The position numbers were made by a program, and so were the translations under genes. From Setoptus koraiensis (taxonomy: Eukaryota > Animalia > Arthropoda): a DNA stretch of 64,000 nucleotides. Below, piece after piece: positions 11,990 to 23,245 of the stretch; within the stretch, counting starts at the first letter, position 1, and every line of letters begins with the position of its first letter. The notes beneath the pieces were generated by a model. That model saw only the letters and a program-made list of their open reading frames with translations, made no database searches and had not been told where the DNA came from. The stretch covers positions 806,001 to 870,000 of the forward strand of contig CM106586.1 of the NCBI GenBank assembly GCA_048013815.1, read 5' to 3'.

Positions 11990-12270
11990 TTGACTTATTC
12001 GCTATTTTGGCTGTTAACCTAAAAGAGAATAAAGCTATCAGACACTATACTGTATGTTGTACTTATTATGTTTATTGATACTGATAGAAAATACAAGTAG
12101 AGAATTTACTGACACTGCTCTCCCTTATATAGTCTCCTCTGTGGGAGGAGCCTATGTAGGGGAGGAGCTTAACATGTATTGCTAGGAGGGGCTTATTCAT
12201 AATGGGAGGAGTGTAACAGTGGGGAGGTGTGGCTTGTATAGGGGAGGTGGAGCATACTACATATTATATT
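11990..12270 (-). repeat. LTR-like repeat, copy 3 (inverted)
   Basis: Reverse complement closely matches 25275-25480. Confidence 0.6.
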
Positions 12271-12586
12271 TTACTTCTTTATACACACACAAGCAGCACA
12301 GCTGCCAGTGCGCCGCACACAGCCGCTCTCTGCATGCTGTAGCTTCCACAGTGCATCGACAGCAAATGCACTGTGGAAGGCAGCCGTAGCCTTGGCAGTG
12401 CATTTGTATCGCTCTGCTTGAAACACCCTTTATTATACACACTATCATAGATATATTAGTATATTATTACATTATCAACAAAGAAAATCATTTTTAACAA
12501 CCATGGTTAGACCGGAATCAGCAAGAATGTCAACCTCTAGGACCGAAAAGAAAGGGCAGAAAGGCTAGATCGTAGATGGAAGAAAC

Positions 12587-13458
12587 GGGTGTTGTAGCGA
12601 ATAGTGCCACACTCAGATTTCCACCAAACTTCACACATTGGGCCCGTAGGGCCCCCAAACAACGGATTCGCTAGTCCGGAAGTGCGGAAACTTCCGGTTC
12701 CGGTTTTACACAAAATTCAAGCTAGAGCAATGAAACTTGATATGCAGCAAGATATAGACATTCTGAGTACAATGGAGTTTGTTTTACGTGTGTGCCGCTT
12801 CCGGTTCTGGAGAGATTCAGGAAAAACCGCGCGGGTATCCCGCTCGGAACGAGGCATACGCGCGCACGAGTAAATACGTGCGCCCTTGAGGCTCCGATAA
12901 GTCGCCACACAAGATGGCAAAGCGCTAGATCTGTGCTTAAATCATGTTCCGAGGCTTTCAACATTTCTTCTTGTCTCTTACTCTCGTCTATGGTTTGCAG
13001 TCATGTGAGCGGAGGGCTGAGGGCGAAGCCCGAAACCCGAAGCGCTCATCAACCCTACCCGAAGGGTTCCCGTCGCACGCAGTCGTCGCGGGAGCGACGA
13101 CGGAGATGTGGCGGCCTCCAGATTACGAGGCCGCAGGCCGAGTTCTCAGACCCATCGCAGGTTCATCCCCGAGTGCAGCGAAGCTGAAATTCGTCAACTT
13201 CCGGTCTTCCAAACCAATAAATATGCCGATATCTCAAGAACCGGAAGTTCCACTGAGCTGAAAATTGTGCCATCGTGTTGAGCGTTCTTCGGAACGTCAC
13301 TATGGTGATTTTCAGACCTCTAGCTTTCTTTTGAGGTAAAACCGGAACCGGAAGTTTCCGCACTTCCGGACCACTTTTTTCGTTCTATTGAGGTCAAGAT
13401 AAACCTATACCAGGAGTTTCATCAGAATCTGAGTGTGGCACTATTCGCTACAACAACC
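12587..13458 (+). mobile_element. Complete MITE family A copy (872 bp), core ~12990-13145
   Basis: TIRs GGGTGTTGTAGCGAATAGTGCCACACTCAGATT / AATCTGAGTGTGGCACTATTCGCTACAACAACC; TSD GAAGAAAC. Confidence 0.93.
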
Positions 13459-13683
13459 GAAGAAACTATTCCTAAAAAAAATCCAATATCTCGGAAAGAA
13501 AGCTTATGCTTTCTAATATGCTCCATTTCAACTTGCAGTCCTTGATCCCTCTTTCCGTCAAGGAAAAGATTATAAGCCTTTTTAAGAAGCTCCGCCAACT
13601 CTTTTTCGGAGTCATGAATGGAAAACTCCACAACAGAGGCAGCTACATCGGTGCAAGTCAAAGGCAAACTAGGCCGGGATGGC

Positions 13684-14541
13684 CTACAAACCTGGGTTGT
13701 AACATTTTTTACCCTCCATATGAGCAGAGAGCTTCTCTGCGGAAGACATCAAACGATCCAAGGTTGCATTGCTATCCTTGCATCGCGTCAAATTATTAGT
13801 CACGTAATCTGGGACGCCATGTCTGAGCACATCAGACTGTTCCATGACACGCTGCCTAATATAAGGCATTATAGCATAAGGGGTAAACACTCCATCGAGA
13901 ATCTCATTCTGCAAACCATAATGCCGGGCCGATTCCGCCCGAGCAGACATGATCAATTCTCTTTTGGTCCCCAAATAGAGAGCAGTTGGAATCACAGTAC
14001 ATGGCCGAGTCATGGCAAATCCATAGTCCCTATCTCGTACAATATAATAAGGATTGGCAAAACAGTCCTCTGTAACCAATCTAATATAGTCATTAACATC
14101 CACTGGGCACTGAGAAAACACCTCATGAGGTGGATGAGGCAAGCAAATAAGCCATTGCATTATACAATTGTAATGATCCATGGCAGTAGGTGCATCATGA
14201 TAACATTTCCTATGACACATTCGTGTATAATCATAGGTTATGGGATCAAGCGCCACTGTAAACTGAAAAATGCGACTAATCTGCATCAAAATAGCAGTAA
14301 TGTCCAACAATGAATGATAATTATCCATGGCAAAATTGTCATCCGTGAGAATAAACCCATGGGTAATATCAGTATCCAATGCCCGATTAACGAAGGCTAT
14401 GTAAATAACATGGGTAGACAACACTACCGGCAAAACAATTGGTGTAAATCTCACAAAGCCAATACCATCCCTGTAATGTGGAAACTGCCTATAGTCGACT
14501 TTAAGGTCCTTGTATCCATGACCACAAACCATGGGTGGCAA
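13684..14541 (-). CDS. Hypothetical protein (~285 aa), family not recognised; part of co-oriented ORF cluster
   Basis: Long stop-free frame with globular-like composition; begins 3 nt after the alternative stop of the upstream ORF. Confidence 0.55.
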   Translation of the reverse strand: MPPMVCGHGYKDLKVDYRQFPHYRDGIGFVRFTPIVLPVVLSTHVIYIAFVNRALDTDITHGFILTDDNFAMDNYHSLLDITAILMQISRIFQFTVALDPITYDYTRMCHRKCYHDAPTAMDHYNCIMQWLICLPHPPHEVFSQCPVDVNDYIRLVTEDCFANPYYIVRDRDYGFAMTRPCTVIPTALYLGTKRELIMSARAESARHYGLQNEILDGVFTPYAIMPYIRQRVMEQSDVLRHGVPDYVTNNLTRCKDSNATLDRLMSSAEKLSAHMEGKKCYNPGL

Positions 14542-14650
14542 AATTTAAATATAGCCAAGTTCAACAGCACGCCTAATTGTGGCATCATCGGATTCTGCAA
14601 AAATATCGCATACCTCTTTGACAAAAATTTTAATGCCATCGACATTACTT

Positions 14651-15484
14651 TTATTCTGGGAATAATATCTTGGCCCTAGGCATTGCGTCCGGCTCCCTAT
14701 ATTCATACTTTATCCGACCATAAACTGTGATATCTTCAGACATCTTGATAAGACTTCGTCCAAGAGACCTGTTGTATATATTGAAGGGTATTTTTATAGG
14801 CCGAATTGCCTGTATAGCTCCAGGACCGGTGGCAAATACATAATCATCCTCACCGATTTTATTAATAATGCGCTTCTGCACAAACAAATCCAGAGTATGA
14901 TCGACAAATGCTTCATGAAGCATGGCAACGGTAGAGGGGCCTATATAATGCAGGAGTTTGGGGGCATACCCCGGCACCTCGATATCAATATACAAAACCT
15001 GAGGCCGCTCGTTAAAATCACTGGCAGTAGCGGAATTACGCTCAGGCTGACTTGGCAAATAGGTCTCATCCAGAGGCAATATAATAGTTGTTTTCTTTGC
15101 CAAAAACTGCTCGCTCCAGTTATGAGCAATCTTATCTCCAGTGATAGGTCCTTTACCTGGATAAATCACGCAACAAAACAAATAATCTCCACGGAGATTT
15201 GTAAATATCATATGGAGAGCTATCTTACAAGAAGTTCCATAGGTGCCAGGCAAATAAGCGATAATAATTCCGGCCTTTTTATTTTCCACAATGGCCTCTA
15301 TAACACTTGGTGGAAGCCCATACAGATGGTACCCACTGAGTGGCAAACCAACAGCATGAAAGCTAGAATTAAATCTCGAACAATGCTCGTTAAATACAGC
15401 GGCAGTTCGCTTGTTCCAATATTCCATCCTACTAAGGTCCTCATAGGAATCTTGCGTATTGACAGTAAAGAAAGACATGATCAC
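14651..15484 (-). CDS. Hypothetical protein (277 aa), possibly frameshifted near the C-terminus
   Basis: ATG-initiated long ORF; an alternative frame continues LGPRYYSQNKSNVDGIKIFVKEVCDIFAESDDATIRRAVELGYI* to ~14545. Confidence 0.55.
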   Translation of the reverse strand: MIMSFFTVNTQDSYEDLSRMEYWNKRTAAVFNEHCSRFNSSFHAVGLPLSGYHLYGLPPSVIEAIVENKKAGIIIAYLPGTYGTSCKIALHMIFTNLRGDYLFCCVIYPGKGPITGDKIAHNWSEQFLAKKTTIILPLDETYLPSQPERNSATASDFNERPQVLYIDIEVPGYAPKLLHYIGPSTVAMLHEAFVDHTLDLFVQKRIINKIGEDDYVFATGPGAIQAIRPIKIPFNIYNRSLGRSLIKMSEDITVYGRIKYEYREPDAMPRAKILFPE

Positions 15485-15531
15485 CTAATCACTTATCTGC
15501 CAGAACCACATCAATAGCCCCTTAATTAAAA

Positions 15532-15987
15532 TTAATTTTGATGGGATATGTATGTGGTTGCAATTGTTATGTCATCACTACAGCTTGGCTGCACATAAAT
15601 GAGTACTAAGTGCCCACTTAATAGGACTGGGTGAATTATACCAGCATTATACACTGGACCAATTTTCGTGTACGATGTTCCGCCATCGTCTATGTTGATG
15701 ACTTTGCCCACTTTGACCTTGAAACCCCTCTCGTGGACAGTCTCCTCGAGCATATTGATTTGTCGTTCCAGATTCTTGTTCGCCGGCGAAAAGCGAGTTG
15801 TGTAGTAATAGTTTCCGGTGGAGTTTGCATCTGCACATTCGCAGGATATATTTCGAGAGCTAGCCAACGGTTTGGCCACACCTTTGTGTCGTGACACAAT
15901 TGTGCTGGTATTACTTAAAATTATAATAATCAATAAGTACGAGGTGGTACGCCTTCTGGCGAACACCCGTTGGCGTTGCTGGCGCAT
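15532..15987 (-). CDS. Hypothetical protein (151 aa) with N-terminal basic and hydrophobic segment (signal/anchor-like)
   Basis: MRQQRQR..YLLIIIILSNTSTIV; starts 5 nt after the upstream ORF stop. Confidence 0.5.
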   Translation of the reverse strand: MRQQRQRVFARRRTTSYLLIIIILSNTSTIVSRHKGVAKPLASSRNISCECADANSTGNYYYTTRFSPANKNLERQINMLEETVHERGFKVKVGKVINIDDGGTSYTKIGPVYNAGIIHPVLLSGHLVLIYVQPSCSDDITIATTYISHQN

Positions 15988-15992
15988 TGGTA

Positions 15993-16343
15993 CTAAACCT
16001 TTGTCGCTGTTGTTGCTGTTGCTGTTGCTGTTGCCATTGCTGTTGCTGTTGACGATTTGACGATGTTCGGTTGGATGGATGTTGGGCGCGCTCGGTCGAG
16101 TCTTATATAGTATATATTATGAGCACTCTTGTCACTCAGCTGGAATTCTATAATTGGAAAAGGAAATCCGTTCACTGCTAAATAGCAAGGAACGGAGGCA
16201 CCAAAGTGGGAGAGCCCCGGCACTTGTTTGTCCTCATGATTCCTAGAAAACTTGGTGCTGTTATCATGCACTTCCCAGTTCCACCAATAATTAATGATAG
16301 TAGCTATATTAATCAATAAATTAATAAGGCAATAAATATGCAT
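15993..16343 (-). CDS. Hypothetical protein (116 aa) with hydrophobic N-terminus and Thr/Ala-rich tail
   Basis: ATG start; first ORF of the tandem cluster. Confidence 0.4.
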   Translation of the reverse strand: MHIYCLINLLINIATIINYWWNWEVHDNSTKFSRNHEDKQVPGLSHFGASVPCYLAVNGFPFPIIEFQLSDKSAHNIYYIRLDRARPTSIQPNIVKSSTATAMATATATATTATKV

Positions 16344-17456
16344 CCATTCAATCCTCGTATGGTGGCAGCCGTAGGCTCACATATTAAGTCAGCTTCAAAA
16401 ACAAACAGAATAAACAGTTAATTTACAATTATAGACCTAAGTCTTCGTTTTATGTCACATTGTCACATTATTAACATTATCAAGATAATATAATCTTCCG
16501 ACAATTAACAATTGAATAACCATAGTTAACGCTGCTGGCAAAAGGTTGGAAGGCTGACTCGATTACCGTATCTGAATTCCGAATCTTCCGGCGGATGCGT
16601 CTGAACTCTTTGGATGCAGTCTTTTGACACCCTCCACATATTAATAATATCAAATGATTTTTTTCGTCTTGAGCAGAGCTCTAGCCGAAGAAGGGCGGTC
16701 TTTCTAAATTATTAAAAGAGCACTCTTCGGATATCGAGTATTCACAGAAGAGTACTCTTTTTTTACTTGAGAAGAGCAATCTTCCCATAGCTCAATGATC
16801 TAACCTATACTTGCATACTGGAATGATATATATATATAACTTTAATATATGTTGAATGCTTGATTGTACTAGAAGTTTTGCTAATTGCAACACTTGAAGT
16901 GCGGCAATATATAGTCTAATATATATCTGAATACATGTCATATATGTTCTGGCTAGAAATGTTATGGATAAGTGTCTTAATCATGTGACATTATGTATAT
17001 TAAGACCGATATTATATGGAGTAAGATGTGTTGATTTAGCTGACAATCTGTATGGATTGACGGAACATTGTGCATCGCATGTGAGCATACTTTTACAAAT
17101 CTAAAAGAGTGCTCTTCCTGATTACTGGATACGAAAAGAGCATTCTTCTAGTATTTCAGCATAAGAAGTGTGCCCTTCTCTAGATGTTTTTTTTTCGTCG
17201 GTTCAATCTTATGCAAAGAACGCCTGTAACGGTATGAGACTAAAATTCTGCACTGGATTCAAACTGTAATAATTCTCAACCATTTGGGTGTGGACGATTT
17301 ATTTTTTCACTAGGATTTTCTTCTTTTATAGTTCAAACATTATTATCAATGAATAGCGGCTAACAAGCCTTCTCTTGCACAAACTCTCACTCTCTTGCGA
17401 CAAGAACCAAATGTTCTTCGCGCAAGATCCATATCAATTGTTTTTAAAGTTGGTTA

Positions 17457-18367
17457 AACTAAACCTAAACAAGAAGAGCTGCGCGCTAGAGTCGCGAAAT
17501 TTTATGAAAACTCTGCTGGTCGCAACAAACTTTCAACAGTCCGACACTTCATTGCGGAAGGATATTCAAAAAGGACCATCTATGCCATCATCGCCACATA
17601 TGAGGCTCGCCAGACAGTGTCTCGGAAGGAGGGATCTGGACGCCCAACCAAAATTTTAAACAAAAAAGTCCTCAATGACATCAAGGCTAAACTGGACAAC
17701 AAGGACAACACCAGCTTCAGAAGAGTTGCGAAGCAACTTGGCTGTGATCGGATGCATGTCAGTCGCACCCTCAAGTCCGAGTTTGGCCTCCAATCGCGAA
17801 AGAAAATAAAAGCTCCCCAATTTAAGGATGAGAATGAGCTAATCATTGCCAAACGACAATGTTCGCGCTTGGAGCGCCAATTCAGAGGCAAAAGCATCAT
17901 CCAGGATTATGAAACATACATCGAGCTTGAGGACAATTTCAACAGACTATACTATACCTGTGATCCGGATACCGCTCCCAATGATGTCAAGTACCGACAG
18001 AAGCAGAAATTCTGCAAAAAAGTATTGATTTGGATGGCCGGTTCCGAGCGAGGTCTGTCGGAAGTTTTCATCAACACCAGCATGGATGCAATGAACAGCA
18101 AGATGTATATAAAAGAATGCCTTCTAAGGCTTAAAAGATTCATCCAGAAGTATCATCCAGATGATAATTAGTTATTTTGGCCGGATAAAGCGTCTTGTCA
18201 TTACTCAAGAGACACTTTGGCTGCACTCAATGAGTTGGACATCAAAGTTGTCGCTAAATTGGATAATCCTACGTGCACTCCGCAAGCTCGCCCTATTGAA
18301 GATTTTTGGTCCATTCTCAAGAGAAATATATGGGCCACCAATAGAAAGCCAAAAGATAAGAAACAAC
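17457..18367 (+). pseudogene. Tc1-like DD37E (TRT-type) transposase pseudogene
   Basis: KQEELRARVAKFYEN..TIYAII..RKEGSGRP paired-like HTH; WPDKASCHY..PQARPIEDFW with 37 residues between D and E; one internal stop, no ATG, interrupted by a MITE at 18368. Confidence 0.88.
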
Positions 18368-18485
18368 GGGTGTTCTTGCGATTAGGTCCCCACTCAGATT
18401 TCGATGAAACTTCACACATGGGTCCCGTAGGGGCCCCACATCATGGAATGAGTGGACCGGAAGCCAGGAAACTTCCGGTTCCGGA
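18368..18485 (+). mobile_element. MITE family A arm fragment
   Basis: GGGTGTTCTTGCGATTAGGTCCCCACTCAGATTTCGATGAAAC terminus. Confidence 0.75.
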
Positions 18486-18489
18486 GTCA

Positions 18490-19060
18490 CCTCCTCAGCA
18501 CACAGTAAGCTACAGCTTGATTGAGACTTAAGTTGCTACGCTCCTTAATACACAGTGAGCTACAGACATGATCTGAATCTAAGTCTGCCACCTCATCATC
18601 ACATTCTAGCTGTTCAAAATTTGTTTACATGTTGTTGCTTCACAGTCTCGTGTGTAGATAGCTGGCTCTGCAGGCTGTTCACTTATTGATGAATTTCTAC
18701 ATTTAGTGTGTAGATACCTGGCTCTGTAGCTTGTTTACATTCGTGGTTCGAGTTCTACAATGAGACTAGAGATAATTTGTTGGTTGAGCACGAAGAAGGT
18801 TATTTCAATGATGTGGAATTTCGCAGCACCTTAGTCCAATTTGATCAATGGTTGATTGATGTTAAAGTATCTAAACATTACACATGTTAACCCTATGGAG
18901 ATTTGAGTCTCTAAAATCCCGAGTTAAAGTATCTAAACATTACACATGTTAACCCTATGGAGATTTGAGTCTCTCGATTACCATGTTAAAGAATCTATAC
19001 ATTACACATGTTAACCCTATGGAGATTTGAGTCTCTCAATTTCTTTGTTAAAGTTTCCAA
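18490..19060 (+). repeat. HINE-internal tandem repeats (~60-bp units)
   Basis: Shares repeats with 43020-43700; GTTAAAGTATCTAAACATTACACATGTTAACCCTATGGAGATTTGAGTCTCT x3. Confidence 0.75.
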
Positions 19061-19154
19061 GAAAAAAAAAGGATTGAAAAATTCATTCGAAAGCTACCAA
19101 ATTCGCACTGTCGAACAGTCTATCTATGGCTATCTAGTGTGCAAAAATTGGCAA

Positions 19155-20851
19155 TTTTTAGCGCTTAATTTTAATTAAGTAGCTATTGGGGTGGTTCTGG
19201 CAGATACGTTTATTCACGTGAGTAGAACAAATCAGTGCTTTTTTTCAACTAGGAAAAAATAGCACGGTGAAAGCTGTACTGTGAGAAATAAACTAGATAA
19301 ATTTAGAACAGTCAAAGCTTACAATGTTGATTAGTTAAATTTAGCACATAGAATGCTATGCGCGTTCACTTACTAGACGCGATTAGCACGCTCAAAGCTG
19401 AGATGCTAACTAGATGAATTTAGCACAGCAGAAGTCTAGCTGTATACAATTCGGATTTAGTACACTGGAAGCTAGAGGTGTTGGAACTAGGAGATTGTAG
19501 AACAGTAGATACTATTCAGGATAACTACTGCTTCTCAGCACTGTCAATGCTGATGTGGCTGAAACTAGACGAGTGTAGCACGCTCAATACTGAGATGTAA
19601 AATAGATGAATTCAGCACAGCAGAAGGCTAGCTGTCTACAATTCTGATTTAGTACACTGGAAGCTAGATGCTTTGTAGCTAAGAGATTACAGTTCTTCCC
19701 TGTGTTAAAGTATCTAAACGTTAACAATGTTAACCCTATGGGAATTTGACTTTGACGATTTTGAAAAAAAAATTTTTTCTTCTCTGTGTTAAAGTATCTA
19801 AACGTTAACAATGTTAACCCTATGGGAATTTGACTTTGACGATTTTGAAAAAAAAATTTTTTCTTCTCTGTGTTAAAGTATCCAAACGTTAACAATGTTA
19901 ACCCTATGGGAATTTGACTTTGACGTTTTTGAAAAAAAAATTTTTCTTCCCTGTGTTAAAGTATCTAAACGTTAACAATGTTAACTCTATGGAGATTTGA
20001 CAGAGTTCGATGGTCATAATTCGAAGTTCGCTGGTGACAATTCGAAGTTCGCTGGTGACAATTCGAAGTTCGATGGTCACATTTCGAAATTCGAAATTGA
20101 AAATTCGAATTTCTGATGACAGTTCCATCTGCCCGTTCGAAGTTCGGTGGTCACATTTCGAACTTCGAACTTCGAAATTCGAAATTGAAAATTCGAATTT
20201 CCGATACGAGTTCCAGGTGCTTGTACAGAGTTCGATGGTGACAATTCGAAGTTCGCTGGTGACAATTCGAAGTTCGATGGTCACAATTCGAACTTCGCAA
20301 TTCGAAATTGAAAATTCGATTTTCTGAAATGAGTTTCATTTGCTTTGTCGAAGTTCGATGGTCAGGGTTCGGTGGTCAGAGTTCGATGGTCATGGTCAAA
20401 ATTCGAAGTTCGAAATTCGAAATTGAAAATTCGATTTTCTAATGACAGTTCCATCTGCTCGTTCGATGTTCGGTAGTCAGTGTTCGATGGTCAGTGTTCG
20501 ATGGTCAATGTTCGATGGTCACATTTCGAACTTCGAAATTCGAATTTGATGCACCATAACAAAGTGTGTGCCATTGACTAATTGGTTTGTCTAACTAAAT
20601 TACTCATTGTGGCGAAATTCACCATAAGAATCTTACTAAATTCCGTACGCAAGCAATCCACATGTGTATCATGCTGCGATAGAAATTTGGAGAACTTGTA
20701 TTCATTCTGTCATCTTTTCGGCTACTCTGATCTGACAGGCATGGATGTTCATTTCCGACATGTTGTCACATACTCGCATCTTTATTCCAACTATACTCAT
20801 CTATCCAAAAAATTAAGCGCTCGAAATACTGATTTGATCAGTATTACTTGT
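19155..20851 (+). mobile_element. Full-length HINE (~1.7 kb) with 84-bp repeats and TTCGAA satellite
   Basis: 5' TTTTTAGCGCTTAATTTTAATTAAG; 3' AAAAATTAAGCGCT plus hairpin AATACTGATTTGATCAGTATT plus ACTTGT; no TSD. Confidence 0.88.
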
Positions 20852-21029
20852 ATCTTGACAAACTTGGAAACTATGGCTGATTTTCGAAAATAAAATAGTG
20901 CATGAAAATGCGGATGCATCATAGCGATCAAGTATCGTTCAAATATAGATGCGAGTATGTGATAGCATGTCGGAGTTGAACATCCATGCCTGTCGAATCA
21001 GAGTACTCGAAAAGATGACATAATAAATA

Positions 21030-21204
21030 CAAGTTCCTATCACGTTGTGATAGGAATTTGAACGTGTTGACCGACTACTCTGATCTGACAGGCATAGATG
21101 TTCATCTCTGACATGGTGTCACAAACTCGCATCCATATTCCAACGATACTCGTCTATCCAAAAAATTAAGCGCTCGAGATACTGACGGAATCAGTATCAC
21201 TTGT
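21030..21204 (+). mobile_element. HINE 3' fragment
   Basis: Conserved body, subTIR, hairpin, ACTTGT. Confidence 0.75.
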
Positions 21205-21795
21205 TTCGTTCTATTGAGGTCAAGATGAACCTATATCGGAAGTTTCATCAGAATCTGGGAGTGGCACTATTCGCTAGAACAACCAAAGTATCTAAATAAT
21301 ACACATGTTAGCTCTGCGTGCGACGGGAACCCTTCGGGTAGGGTTGATGAGCGCTTCGGGTATCGGGCTAAGCCCTCCACCCTCCGCTCACATGACTGCA
21401 ATCCATGCATAAATGAAGGGGGGAATATAAAATTAAGGATGAGACAGGTAGGAACAACTGAATTACTAGCTGATTCATGGTGTTGCGCAGTCTGTGCACA
21501 GTATGGGCCCGCTTACCGCAACCGCACAGGCCCGGCCGCACCTCTAATTTCAGTTGAACCTTGATATCTAGCAAACCGGAGGTGATACCGGATTGATTTT
21601 GATTTCATCCTGCTCCGCTTAGGGTCATCTACCTGATTCTCAATTTCCAGAGCTCTAGCTTCAACTTTATGTATAACCGGAACCATAAGTTTCCGCACTT
21701 CAGGACCACCTAATCCATGATGTGAGGCCCCAGCAGGGCCCGTGTGTCAAGTTTCATGATGATCGGCGCTGGGACCTAATCGCAAAAACACCCCA
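21205..21795 (-). mobile_element. Rearranged MITE family A fragments including partial core (~21315-21410)
   Basis: Both terminus types present; arm matches 33800-34185. Confidence 0.7.
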
Positions 21796-21924
21796 AGGTG
21801 TTAACCAGATTGATACACAATTAATCAGGTAAACATTTTGACAAAGAGCCATTAGCGCCATATTGGATTGGTCAACAAAGGACCATCGAATCCAAAAAGA
21901 ATCAAAGATGTGTTTCATTATCAA

Positions 21925-23205
21925 CAAGTTATACTGATTATACCAGTATAAGAGCGCTTAATTTTTCCAGTGAACAATCTTAGAGGTTTGGACAGTTTAT
22001 TAAGGAGTGATGAGTGCTAGCTGTTTCTAGAAAGTTTCAAGAATTTATCCTGGTGAGAACAATTTCGTAAATTGCACATACTGTGGAAGGACATGTGCCC
22101 CAATATGGCCTAAAGCGCCAATACTAGAAACAGAAAATTGATTAGACTTGCACAGATCGTGTATGGCACAGTGCCTGCTGTCTCTAGAAAGTTTCAAGAA
22201 TTTATCCTGGTGAGAACAGTCTCAAAAATCGCACATACTGTGGAAGGACCCGTGCCACAAAATGGCATATAGCGCCAATACTAGAAACAGAAAATTGATT
22301 AGACTTGCACAGATCGTGTAAAGCATCGATCCACCTCCTCACAAAACATTAACTTCTGCATGAGCCCGAGAGTTAAAATTCAATCCACCTCCCTGAAATG
22401 TGTGTTTGGGAGGTGGACGAACCTTCGAGTCTCAAACTTGTATGTAGGTTGTTGCATGCTCAGGAGGTGAAATTATTGTTTAAGCTCAAGCTAGTCCACC
22501 TCCCAAGCATGAGTCGCCTCACGCTATTTCGAGTAGCTAAACCTATCTCGTTATAGCTTCGGTCCACCTCCTAACTAGACATGAGCCCGAGACTCAAAAT
22601 TCAATCCACCTCCCTAGTAAATGTGTGTTTGGGAGGTGGACGAACTTTCGAATCTCAAGCTTGAGTGTACCTCCCACCTCCCACCTCCCAAGCACATTTC
22701 AGCCTACACACTCACTAAGCACTGATTATGCTAGTGCTAATGTATGCAAGCATGTAAGGAATAAGATACGTTCATATGTAAAAATATAAAGTTTATTCTG
22801 TAACATACAAAACGGTATACTAATGCCCGCTGGGCTGTGTGTTACAGGCTTATATAGCTCTGCTGAGTCTATTGACTCAGTAGGGCTTACACACGAGACT
22901 CAACTTGTGAGTCTCGTAAGAAGCACACAGCGCGTGACTCTATAGATCGAAAACTGTGAATATCCACAAATAAACCGGTACGTGGATATTCACTGGCATA
23001 CAAAGTCTGAGTATTCACAAGCACACAGCGCGTCAATCACCATAGCACAATTGGTGAATGTCCTATGAAATGCACGAATTAAGTATCCACCATCATACCG
23101 TGCGTGGATATTCATGCGTGATCTTCAGGATCCCACCACACTACATCATAAGCGCTTAATTAAAATTAAGCGCTAATAATTAAAATTAAGCGCCAAAAAC
23201 GTTCG
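21925..23205 (-). mobile_element. HINE subfamily with duplicated 5' end and internal ~165-bp and ~230-bp duplications
   Basis: 3' hairpin TATACTGATTATACCAGTATA plus AGCGCTTAATT at ~21930-21965; two palindromic 5' ends at 23150-23200. Confidence 0.7.
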
Positions 23206-23245
23206 CCGAGTGACGAAGTTAAAGTCTAAATCAATTAAATTAAAA

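Noticed and set aside
13618-15517. Plus-strand ORFs of 231, 121 and 206 aa (also 60084-60695 minus)
   Set aside because: Antisense shadows of the longer opposite-strand ORFs; no independent support.
16360-16378. TGGTGGCAGCCGTAGG as a tRNA-Leu PBS
   Set aside because: Only ~10-nt match, not preceded by a recognisable LTR end, and opposite to the neighbouring ORFs.
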